This document shows positions 37,585-46,292 of a stretch of 64,000 bases of DNA, one piece after another. The DNA comes from an uncultured Chloroflexia bacterium (lineage in GTDB: Bacteria > Chloroflexota > Limnocylindria > Limnocylindrales > CSP1-4), in assembly GCA_963748625.1 (NCBI GenBank), contig CAVVJT010000010.1:832001-896000 (forward strand). The letters run 5' to 3'. The notes under the pieces were generated by a model. It saw only the letters and a program-made list of their open reading frames with translations. It searched no databases and was not told the DNA's origin. Both the position numbers and the translations under genes were made by a program. Positions within the stretch are counted from its first letter, which is position 1, and every line of letters begins with the position of its first letter.

Positions 37585-38283
37585 TCAAGCGGGACGCTGC
37601 GTGCCGCCCGTGCGGGCCGCAGCGACGAGGGCGATGAGGTGGGCGACCGCGGGCGTCAGGGCGGCGGGGTCGGCATCGGAGGCCGGGTCTGTGTATGCCT
37701 TGGAGATGAGCGCGGAGCCGAAGCCCAGGCAGGCGGCCCCGGCGCCGATCCACTCGCCGACGCTGGCCTCGGTCGCCTGGACGCCCCCCGTCACCACGAC
37801 CTGTGTCTCCGGGAGCGGGCCGCGGATCGCCCGCAGGAAGGCCGGCCCGAGGCTGTCGCCGGGAAACAGCTTGACGAGCTCGACCCCCGACTCCTCGGCG
37901 GTCACGATCTCCGTCGGCGTCGCGCAGCCGGGGATGTACGGGATGCGACGGCGGTTGCACAGCCGGGCGACATCCGCGGAGAAGCTCGGACCCACGATGA
38001 ACCTTGCGCCGGCCGCGATGTACCGGTCGGCGGCCTCGGGATCACGGATGGAGCCGGCGCCCAACAGGGCATCCGGGTCATGGCGTGCCGCCTCCTGGGC
38101 GAGCGCGCTGAATGCGGACCACGCGCCGGGCCCGCGGTCGGTGAACTCGATCACGCGCGCACCGCCCTCGCGGAGGGCGGCGGTGATCCGCAGGGCCCGC
38201 TCAGCGTCCGGCGTGTAGAACAGCGGCAGGACACCGGCCTCCACGGCGGCGACCAGCACCTCGAGGCGCGGCGAGAGTCTCAA
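37585..38283 (-). CDS. eda: KDPG/KHG aldolase
   Basis: VIEFTDR, LGAGSI, IPGCATPTE, VKLFPG, VTGGV; the TTG start overlaps the kdgK stop. Confidence 0.9.
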   Translation of the reverse strand: MRLSPRLEVLVAAVEAGVLPLFYTPDAERALRITAALREGGARVIEFTDRGPGAWSAFSALAQEAARHDPDALLGAGSIRDPEAADRYIAAGARFIVGPSFSADVARLCNRRRIPYIPGCATPTEIVTAEESGVELVKLFPGDSLGPAFLRAIRGPLPETQVVVTGGVQATEASVGEWIGAGAACLGFGSALISKAYTDPASDADPAALTPAVAHLIALVAAARTGGTQRPA

Positions 38284-39326
38284 CGCTCCACCCTCCCTGA
38301 TCCTGAACCGCCGGCCAGGGCATCGACTTCCGCGACCGAGACGAGGTTGACGTCGCCGCGGATCGAGTGCTTCAGGCAGCTGGCGGCCACGGCGAACTCG
38401 AGGGCGGCCTCCGCCGTTCGTCCGTCGATGAGGGCGTAGATGAGGCCCGCCGCGAAGGAATCGCCCGCCCCTACGCGGTCGACGATGGGGGCAATGCGGT
38501 ACGAGCGAGCGACATGGAAGGCATGGGGCGTCCACAGGACGCCGGACCAGGTGTTCTCGGACGCGGACACCGAGCCACGCTGCGTGAAGGCAATCGTGCG
38601 CAACCTGGGGAACCGCTCCGCGAGTCGTGCGGCCACGTCGGCGTAACCGGCGGGATCCACCCTGCCGTCAGCGACGGAGCTGCCCGGGGCGCGGATGCCG
38701 AAGACCCTGTCGGCGTCCTCCTCGTTGCCGATCAGGACATCCGCCTCGGCCACGATCCCCGCCATGACGTCACCCGCTTGGGCTCCCCAATCCCAGAGCT
38801 TCGCCCGGTAGTTGAGATCGACGGAGACTGTTGCCCCCGCAGCACGGGCCGCCCGGACGGCCGCAAGGGCGGCCTCGGCAGCAGGGGCGGACAGGGCCGG
38901 CGTGATCCCGGTGGTGTGGAACCAGCCCGCACCGTCGAGCAGGGCCGTCCAATCGTAGGCCGCTGCCCCCGCCCTCGCGATGCACGAGTCAGCCCGGTCG
39001 TAGATGACGCGACTGGCGCGCTGGGAGGCGCCGGGCTCGAGATAGTAGACGCCCAGGCGTCCCGCCTCCGAGGCGATGCCCGACGTGTCCACGCCGAGGC
39101 CGCGGAGAAACCGGATTGCCCCATCACCCAGGTCATTGCGTGGGACACGCGTGACAAACCGGGCAGGGACGCCGAAGCCCGCCAGCGATGCGGCAACGTT
39201 CGCCTCGCCGCCTCCATACGTTGCGTCGAAGGACGGCGCGCCAGCGATCCGCATCCCGTCGGGCGCGCTCAGGCGAAGCATCACCTCGCCAAAAGTGACG
39301 ACTCGCGGGGTTGTCTCGTTCGCCAC
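38280..39326 (-). CDS. kdgK: 2-keto-3-deoxygluconate kinase (PfkB family)
   Basis: VTFGEVMLRLS, YGGGEANVA, VIYDRADS, DLNYRAKLW, DRVGAGDSFAAG. Confidence 0.9.
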   Translation of the reverse strand: MANETTPRVVTFGEVMLRLSAPDGMRIAGAPSFDATYGGGEANVAASLAGFGVPARFVTRVPRNDLGDGAIRFLRGLGVDTSGIASEAGRLGVYYLEPGASQRASRVIYDRADSCIARAGAAAYDWTALLDGAGWFHTTGITPALSAPAAEAALAAVRAARAAGATVSVDLNYRAKLWDWGAQAGDVMAGIVAEADVLIGNEEDADRVFGIRAPGSSVADGRVDPAGYADVAARLAERFPRLRTIAFTQRGSVSASENTWSGVLWTPHAFHVARSYRIAPIVDRVGAGDSFAAGLIYALIDGRTAEAALEFAVAASCLKHSIRGDVNLVSVAEVDALAGGSGSGRVER

Positions 39327-39524
39327 GTCCGTTCGCAATCCTCGTACTGTAGGCGATCTTGTCGGGCGCCCCGAATGCAGCAGGGACGCCCGACAAGAGG
39401 AGGAGGAGCAGAGGCCACGGTCCAGCGAGACCGCCACAGGGCGGTCGCCACAGCATGAAGTCGTCGAGAGCGGACGTCGCCGGCCTCCTCCAGCCATAGC
39501 GCCAAACCGCAACCTTCACCGTCG

Positions 39525-39589
39525 ACAGTACGCGCGACCGGCGGCCGCACAACACTCACTGGCATGGCCGATAGGTGGACAGGAGTGAA
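39525..39589 (-). promoter_or_regulatory. kdgK-eda-ALDH-CoA transferase-ECH operon promoter: -10 TACTGT and putative AraC site
   Basis: GATAGGTGGACAGGAGTG at 39570 lies 39 nt from the -10 box. Confidence 0.6.
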
Positions 39590-39833
39590 CGACGTAGCCG
39601 GGCGCAAGCACGATCGGCACGGGTCGGCCATCGTGGGTCAGCGGCGAGTGCAGTCGTGTCCACCTGAAGGCGAGCGATCGGACTTGACGCGCCGGGCCTG
39701 CTGTCCTCAGCATCGAGAGTGTTCAGCGGCGAGTGCAGAACGTCCGACGTCGCCCTCGCATCACGGGTGGACAGACACGTCGGCCCGGTCTCCCGCGAGG
39801 ACCGCATCCACACCCCGCCCGAAGGAGCGCCCG

Positions 39834-41210
39834 GTGATCATTGACGAGACTGTGACCCTTGAGGACCTGCGTGCCCCGCTCGCCGCGTTCTGGCCCGTGT
39901 CGGGAGCCAGGATCGCCGGCCTGTGCGAGACCTGGGACGCCTCGAAGGGCTCGCCCGTCTTCACGGTCCGGGGCCGGTACACGAGCCAGGGCTGGACCGA
40001 GTGGACCCAGGGCTTCCAGTTCGGGTGGGCGATCCTCCAGTACGACGCCACGGGAGACGAGCGCTTCCTCGAGATCGGGCGGCGGGGCACGGTCGAGCAC
40101 ATGGCGCCGCATGTCTCGCACATCGGCGTTCACGATCACGGGTTCAACAATGTCAGCACGTACGGCGCACTCCGCCGGCTGATGCTCGAGGGGCGCATCC
40201 CCCACGACGAGTGGGAGCTCGCCTTCTACGAGCTCGCCCTGAAGGCGTCGGGTGCCGTCCAGGCGGCGCGCTGGCGACCGACCCACGAGGGCCCCGGATA
40301 CATCTACTCGTTCAACGGTCCGCAGTCGCTGTTCGCCGACACGATCCGGTCGGTGCGATCGCTCTTCCTTGCGCATCGGCTGGGTCACGCGCTCATGGGC
40401 GAGAACGACGAGCGGATCTCGCTGCTCGGCCGCGGCATCGAGCACGCCCGCACGACCGCGCGCTGGAACGTCTTCTACGGCGAGGGCCGGGATGTGTACG
40501 ACGAGTGGGGACGGGTGGCCCATGAGAGCGTGTTCAACGTGAACGACGGGCGGTTCCGCACGCCGTCGACGCAGCAGGGGTACTCGGGGTTCTCGACGTG
40601 GACCCGGGGCCTGGCCTGGATCATCGCGGGCTACCCGGAGGAGCTCGAGTTCGTCGAGAGCCTCTCGGACGACGAGCTGGCCCCGCACGGGGGCCGCGAC
40701 GACGTCACCGCGATGCTGTTGCGAGCGGCGCGCGCGTCGTGCGACTTCTACATTGCCAACACCGCCTCGGATGGCGTCCCGTACTGGGACACCGGCGCTC
40801 CTGGCCTCGTGGCCATGGACGGCTGGCGGGACCGGCCGGCCGACCCGTACAACCGGCATGAGCCCGTGGACTCCTCGTCGGCGGCCATTGCCGCCCAAGG
40901 GCTGCTGCGGTTGGGCCGGTACCTGTCGAGCCGAGGCGACCAGGACGGCTCCCGGTACACCGCGGCCGGCCTCATCGCCCTGCGGACCGTGCTCGGCCAG
41001 CCATACCTCTCGACCGATCCCGCCCACCAGGGACTGCTGCTCCACGGCGTCTACCACAGGCCGCGCGGCTGGGATCTCGCCCCGGACGGTGACGGCGTCC
41101 CGCGCGGCGAGGCGGTGATGTGGGGTGACTACCACCTCGTCGAGGCGGCCTTGCTCGCCCAGCGGCTGCTGGACGGGGCGCCGTACTACAGCTTCTTCGG
41201 ACCGCTCTGA
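39834..41210 (+). CDS. Glycoside hydrolase family 88 (unsaturated glucuronyl hydrolase-like)
   Basis: EWTQGF, HDHGF (Asp), LFADTI (Asp), WTRGLAW, PYWD, DSSSAAIAA, WGDY; AAGGAG SD. Confidence 0.85.
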   Translation: MIIDETVTLEDLRAPLAAFWPVSGARIAGLCETWDASKGSPVFTVRGRYTSQGWTEWTQGFQFGWAILQYDATGDERFLEIGRRGTVEHMAPHVSHIGVHDHGFNNVSTYGALRRLMLEGRIPHDEWELAFYELALKASGAVQAARWRPTHEGPGYIYSFNGPQSLFADTIRSVRSLFLAHRLGHALMGENDERISLLGRGIEHARTTARWNVFYGEGRDVYDEWGRVAHESVFNVNDGRFRTPSTQQGYSGFSTWTRGLAWIIAGYPEELEFVESLSDDELAPHGGRDDVTAMLLRAARASCDFYIANTASDGVPYWDTGAPGLVAMDGWRDRPADPYNRHEPVDSSSAAIAAQGLLRLGRYLSSRGDQDGSRYTAAGLIALRTVLGQPYLSTDPAHQGLLLHGVYHRPRGWDLAPDGDGVPRGEAVMWGDYHLVEAALLAQRLLDGAPYYSFFGPL

Positions 41211-42388
41211 GGGGTCTCCGTGTCGCTGCGGCGGTCCGGTCCGCGTGCCGGCTCACGCAGCACTCCCGAGAGCAGCAGGCCGATTGCGACAAGTCCGCCG
41301 GTGAGGGTCAGGGCACGCAAGGTCCCCGTCTGCTCGCCGAGGAAGCCGATCAGCGGCGGGCCGGCCAGGAACGCGACGTAGCCCATCGTCGCGACCACGC
41401 TCACCCGGGCGGCGGCATGCTCGGGCTCATCGCCCGCTGCGCTCATCCCGACTGGGAAGCCGAGCGCGACCCCGAGGCCCCAGAGCACGGCGCCTGCCAT
41501 CGCGATGGCGAACTCGGAGCTCCAGATGATCAGCGCGAGACCAACGAGTGCGAGCAACCCGAACAGGCGAACGATGAGGACCCGGCCATGACGGTCGATC
41601 AGCCCTGGGCCGAACCAGCGCCCCAAGGTCATTGCGGCCAGGAAGAGGGCAAAGGTCAGCGTGGCGAGCGCGGCGGACACGCCGTAGCCGTCAATGATCG
41701 CGACAGCGAGCCAGTCGTTGCCGGTGCCCTCGGTGAAGGCCGCAGCGAACACGAACACGCCGATCAGGATGGTGCGTCGCTCGGTCCATGCCGCCAGCGG
41801 GCTTCGGCCCCCGCCCCCGCCGGCCTCCTCGGGCGGATCAGGGAGGAAGTCGCGAACGGCGACCTGACCGACGACTGCCACGATCGCCGCGACGGCGACA
41901 AGGTGGACGGATGTCGGGACGCCGACTGCCACCATCGCCGCGCCGAGGAGTGCACCAGCGACGGTCCCAATGCTGAAGCCGGCGTGGAAGCGGGGCATGA
42001 TCGCCTTTCCGAGCGCCCGCTCGACGGCCGACCCTTCGACGTTCATCGCGACGTCCCACGTTCCATTGCCGACGCCGAACGCGAAGAGCCCAACGACCAC
42101 CGGGATCACTCCGACCTGCTGGCCAAGCCCAACCGTGGCGAGGCCTGCGGCGGCAACGAGCGACATCGCCCCGACCGTCCGGGCCGTACCGATGCGACGC
42201 ACAACCAGGCCGGCCATGGGCATCGAGAGCACCGAGCCGGCGGCAATGGCCAGGAGCACCAGGCCCAGGCTGCTGGGTGACAGCTGCAGCGCATCTCGGA
42301 TGCTCGGAATCCGCGACGCCCAGCTCGCGAACGCGAACCCGCTGAGGATGAAGACGGCGTACACGGCCATCTTCGCTCGAGCGGTCAC
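41186..42388 (-). CDS. MFS transporter
   Basis: 12-TM pattern; WASRIPSIR, DVAMN, MPRFHAGFSIG, AMTLGRW. Confidence 0.9.
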   Translation of the reverse strand: MTARAKMAVYAVFILSGFAFASWASRIPSIRDALQLSPSSLGLVLLAIAAGSVLSMPMAGLVVRRIGTARTVGAMSLVAAAGLATVGLGQQVGVIPVVVGLFAFGVGNGTWDVAMNVEGSAVERALGKAIMPRFHAGFSIGTVAGALLGAAMVAVGVPTSVHLVAVAAIVAVVGQVAVRDFLPDPPEEAGGGGGRSPLAAWTERRTILIGVFVFAAAFTEGTGNDWLAVAIIDGYGVSAALATLTFALFLAAMTLGRWFGPGLIDRHGRVLIVRLFGLLALVGLALIIWSSEFAIAMAGAVLWGLGVALGFPVGMSAAGDEPEHAAARVSVVATMGYVAFLAGPPLIGFLGEQTGTLRALTLTGGLVAIGLLLSGVLREPARGPDRRSDTETPQSGPKKL

Positions 42389-42545
42389 GGTCGCGCGACC
42401 TCAGCGCCAAGGGCATGGAAGGTTCCGGCTGGCCCGCTCGTGACGAGGCCATCGACCCGCTCCGGCGGCGCGACAACGTATGGGCTCACCGTGCTCACCT
42501 TACCCGATGCAGGACGACGGTCCGTGCGGTGCGAGCTTCGTGGAA

Positions 42546-42743
42546 CACCCCACCATCTCGGACGATCCGTGCGTGCGCGGGCGCCCTACGTGCGCGGTTG
42601 CGCGTCCCGGCCCACGTGGGGGGCGAATCCGCACCTCCCACGCACGAGGTGCGCGTGAAACCCGACCTTTCGAACCCGGACCCTGCGTGAAGCGGGGCGG
42701 AACGCCCCCCACGTGGGGCGCGGTGCGGGTCGTGAGCGCGGAG
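42546..42743 (+). repeat. 198-bp direct repeat, right copy
   Basis: Near-identical to 14922-15119. Confidence 0.95.
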
Positions 42744-42792
42744 GTTGGGGCCGCCGCCGCGCGGAGCGCGAGGCCGCCGCGACGATCGGCCC

Positions 42793-43437
42793 TCAGCACT
42801 CCACCACGTTGAGCGCGAGCCCGCCCCGGCTCGTCTCCTTGTACGTGTGGTGCATGTCCTCGCCCGTCTCGCGCATCGTCTTGATGGCGGCCATCCCTGT
42901 GCGGAACGCGTGTGACAGCACCGTCACCTCGGGGACCGCATGGTGGGGATCGGCACTGGCGAGCAGGTCGTCGTCCACGATGAACCCGCCGCCCACGGAA
43001 TACACGGTGAGGTGGTCGAGCTCCTCGCCGTCCCCGTCGAGCGCGCTGAAGCGCACGTTGTTGACGTGGAACGGCTCGCGGTCGTCGTGGCTGATCCGGT
43101 CGCTGGACTCCACCTCCACCGCGACCTCGCGGCGGCCGTTGAGCTGCAGGCGGCGGGAGGCGTCGATCAACGCGACGCGTGCCGGGGCCCCGGCGGTATC
43201 GATCGTGTCCGGGGCGGAGCCCTCCAGGCCCAGGACCACCGCCATCCCCGTGCCATGGCCACGCCCGGTCGCCCCGAGGCTGCCGTACAGCTGCGCGCGC
43301 ACGAGCGCCGTCGCGTCCAGGAGCCCGTGCCGGTCCAGGCGGGCGGCGAAGCGCGCCGCAGCGCGCATCGGGCCGACCGCGTGGGAGCTGGATGGGCCGA
43401 TTCCGATCTTGAACAGGTCGAAGGCGCTGACGGCCAA
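42793..43437 (-). pseudogene. sdaA: L-serine ammonia-lyase (SdaA) with a large in-frame internal deletion
   Basis: SAFDLFKIGIGPSSSH, LYGSLGATGRGHGT and YSVGGGFIV are followed almost directly by the C-terminal KTMRETGEDM..YKETSRGGLA..VEC; 214 aa versus ~455 expected. Confidence 0.8.
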
Positions 43438-43460
43438 GGGACGCTTCCTTCTCGGTGGGG

Positions 43461-43892
43461 CTAGCGGCCGTCCCCGATCCGCAGGTGCGACCGGTAGCTC
43501 CCCGCGCGCATCCCGAAGAGGAGGCCGAGCAAGCCACGCCGGACAAGCTCCACCCTGCCGACGCGCCAGCCACGTGCCTGGGCTGCTGCACGGCCCTGCT
43601 CCGTGACCAGGGCGAGGTTCGCGACCGTCGCCAAGGCCGCCACGGCCGTCTCGGCATAGAGGAGCGCGGCCTGCCGCCGATCCTCGGTCGCAGTCTCGCG
43701 GGTCGCGATCCGGGCGACGTCGATGGCGAGAATCCCAACGGTCACCGCGCCCACCACCGCGGCCCCCGGGCGTCCGAGCCTGGCAATGGCGAGCTGCGTG
43801 AGCGGGAACCCCGACCCGCTGACGACGGCGAGCACGACGCCGAGTCCCTGGTGCATGAGCCAACCCCTCCCGGTGCCGGGCGCCAGTCGCAC
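43461..43892 (-). CDS. Small hypothetical membrane protein
   Basis: Several hydrophobic segments; fills the gap between genes on the same strand. Confidence 0.5.
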   Translation of the reverse strand: MRLAPGTGRGWLMHQGLGVVLAVVSGSGFPLTQLAIARLGRPGAAVVGAVTVGILAIDVARIATRETATEDRRQAALLYAETAVAALATVANLALVTEQGRAAAQARGWRVGRVELVRRGLLGLLFGMRAGSYRSHLRIGDGR

Positions 43893-43957
43893 CGGCGCGA
43901 GGCTCGAACCCTACCCCACGCGGAGCTGGCTCGTGCGCCGCACGGTCAGGGCATCGG

Positions 43958-45160
43958 TCAGCGCATCGCTCCGAAGGCGACGCCGGCCTGGCCCGCGACG
44001 GCGGCCAGCGCCACGACGGCGATCGGCGGGACGCGTCCCGTGATCAACAGGGCGAAGCCCGCGGCTGCGACCACGATGTCGAGGGGGCCGGTGATCGCCG
44101 TCGTCCAGACCGGCGAGTAGAGGGCTGCGGCCAGGATGCCGACGACAACAGCGTTGACGCCGAGTAGCGCCCGTCCGAAGCGCGGCGACGCCCGCAGGCG
44201 GTCCCAGGCGGGCATCGCGCCAAGGACGAGCAGGAAGCCGGGCAGGAAGATCGCGACGAGGGCGAGAGCTCCGCCGGCGACGCCGTTGGGCGCCACGCTG
44301 GACACCACGCCGAGGTACGCCGCAAACGAGAACAGCGGCCCGGGCACCACCTGGGCGGCACCGTAGCCGGCCACGAACGCGCTGTCGCTCACCCAGCCCG
44401 GCTCGACGACATTGGCGTGGAGCAGGGGGAGGACGACGTGACCGCCGCCGAACACGAGCGCCCCAGAGCCGTAGAACGCGTCGGCCACGGCCGCCGCCTG
44501 GCCTCCCGCCACCCGGGCCACGGGCAGGAGCACCAGGAGCGCGGCGAAGAGCCCCAGGGCGAGGGCGCCGGTTCGCCACGAGGACGCGGACCCGCTCGGG
44601 CGCCGCACAGGTTCGCGCGAATCGCCCAGGGCAAGCAGTCCCACGAGCGCTCCCGCCGCGATGAGCGTCAGCTGGACGAACGGCGTGGCCCAGGCCAGCG
44701 CCAGGACCATCGCGGCGAGGGCCAGGAGACGCCGGGACAGGTCGGGCGCGAGGGATCGTGCCATCGTCATGACAGCCTGTGCCACCACGGCAACCGCGGC
44801 GATCTTGAGCCCGTGGACCCAGCCGGCGCCCGACAGGTCCGTGCCTGCGGCGAACAGCCCGAATGCGATCATCAGCACCGCGGACGGCAGGGTGAAGCCG
44901 ATCCAACCGGCGATCGCTCCGGCAAGCCCCGCCCGCCGCGATCCGATCGCGATCACGAGCTGCGTGCTGGCCGGGCCGGGCAGCGCCTGGCAGAGCGCGA
45001 CAAGATCGGCGAAGTCCGCCTCCGGGAGCCATCGCAGCCGCTCGACGTACGCGCGCCGGAAGTACCCGATGTGCGCGATCGGCCCGCCGAACGAGGTCAG
45101 GCCGAGTCGCAGCGCGGCGACGAGGACCTCGGCGACAGAACCCGCGTGGACGCTGGTCAC
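43958..45160 (-). CDS. chrA: Chromate efflux transporter ChrA
   Basis: LGLTSFGGPIAH, CQALPGPAS, GALVFGGGHVVLP, AQVVPGPLF. Confidence 0.95.
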   Translation of the reverse strand: MTSVHAGSVAEVLVAALRLGLTSFGGPIAHIGYFRRAYVERLRWLPEADFADLVALCQALPGPASTQLVIAIGSRRAGLAGAIAGWIGFTLPSAVLMIAFGLFAAGTDLSGAGWVHGLKIAAVAVVAQAVMTMARSLAPDLSRRLLALAAMVLALAWATPFVQLTLIAAGALVGLLALGDSREPVRRPSGSASSWRTGALALGLFAALLVLLPVARVAGGQAAAVADAFYGSGALVFGGGHVVLPLLHANVVEPGWVSDSAFVAGYGAAQVVPGPLFSFAAYLGVVSSVAPNGVAGGALALVAIFLPGFLLVLGAMPAWDRLRASPRFGRALLGVNAVVVGILAAALYSPVWTTAITGPLDIVVAAAGFALLITGRVPPIAVVALAAVAGQAGVAFGAMR

Positions 45161-45336
45161 GCCCTGAGTCTAGCGGCGCTCGAACAGCTGTCGGGCGCGG
45201 TCGAGCGCAGCGTCCACCGGGACGTCAACCACCACGTCGAGCAGACGGATGTCGGGCCCCGTCGCGTGCCGATCGGCCCGTGATCCCAGTGATGGGGACT
45301 GGCGCCGACGCGCCACTGGCCCGACCATGAGCGGCG

Positions 45337-46122
45337 ATGTCGGACATGCCTGCCCAACGCCGCCGTCCTCGCATCCGGATCCGCCGAGTCGTCCTGGCCC
45401 CGTTGCTGACGGGCGTGGCCATCCTGGGCTGGCTCTGGATCACCGATGCCCGCCAGATGTGGCGGACGACCCCCGTCTACGACCCGCCGGTTCTGGCCGG
45501 GCAGATGGCGATGCCCTGGTGCACCGGCGGCTTCTATGTCCGGCGTGGCGACGAGATCATGGTCACGGTCGCGGCTCACTGCGGGCAGGAGGGGCAGGAG
45601 GTGCAGGCCCGGGACGGGGGAGACAGGCTCGGCGTCCTGGGGCCGGCCGCCACCTACACCCCGTGCGCCCATGAGGACCGCCAGTGCCTCGCCTCCGACC
45701 TGAGGGCCCTGCGCCTCGATGCCGGGCACATCCCATGGGGTCACCTCAACGAGGTCGACATGGGGGCCGGCGGCTACCGCGTCATCCCGCCCGGGACGCG
45801 CCCGCTCGCCTGCGATGACATCCGGGCCGGCGACACGGTCGAGATCAACGGTCGCACCCGCTTCCGGACCGGCACGGTCATCGAGAAGGACGAGATTGAC
45901 AACGATCGCGACCCGAACTACTTCCCCTGCATGGTCGCAGCCGACATCAGGGTCCAGACGGGCGATTCGGGCGGGGCCGTCCTGGTGAACGGGCTGCCCG
46001 CGGGCATCACGTCGCGGGGGTACGCAGGGTGGCTCGGCTTCACGCCGCTGGCGGAAGGGCTCGAGGTCCTGGGCCTGGAGCTGTGCACCGAGCCGGACTG
46101 CGGCCTGGATCCGCCCGGCTGA
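45337..46122 (+). CDS. Membrane-anchored/secreted trypsin-like (S1) serine protease
   Basis: N-terminal TM; WCTGGF, TVAAHC, SDLRAL, GDSGG. Confidence 0.75.
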   Translation: MSDMPAQRRRPRIRIRRVVLAPLLTGVAILGWLWITDARQMWRTTPVYDPPVLAGQMAMPWCTGGFYVRRGDEIMVTVAAHCGQEGQEVQARDGGDRLGVLGPAATYTPCAHEDRQCLASDLRALRLDAGHIPWGHLNEVDMGAGGYRVIPPGTRPLACDDIRAGDTVEINGRTRFRTGTVIEKDEIDNDRDPNYFPCMVAADIRVQTGDSGGAVLVNGLPAGITSRGYAGWLGFTPLAEGLEVLGLELCTEPDCGLDPPG

Positions 46123-46208
46123 GAGGCCGGTCGCGCTGGCGCCCGATCCTGTCGATACCGCCACCGGCACCAGGGAGGGGGGACGACCTCGCCCGGGCGC
46201 TCTGCGCG

Positions 46209-46249
46209 TTGACCTGCCGACCCGTCCAACGGTATGCTCGATAATCGAT
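46209..46249 (+). promoter_or_regulatory. Sigma70-type promoter with palindromic GntR-type operator
   Basis: TTGACC-N18-TATGCT followed by TCGATAATCGAT (46238-46249). Confidence 0.65.
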
Positions 46250-46292
46250 GATGTGTGGCGGGCTCGGGACCCCGCCCAAGGAAGGGACAGGC

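Larger units (their letters stand above)
15120..42545. mobile_element. Putative tRNA-His-associated metabolic island (sugar/anhydro-sugar catabolism); no integrase visible
   Basis: Flanked by 198-bp direct repeats that begin in the tRNA 3' end; coherent catabolic cargo; a gene is truncated at the left edge. Confidence 0.6.
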
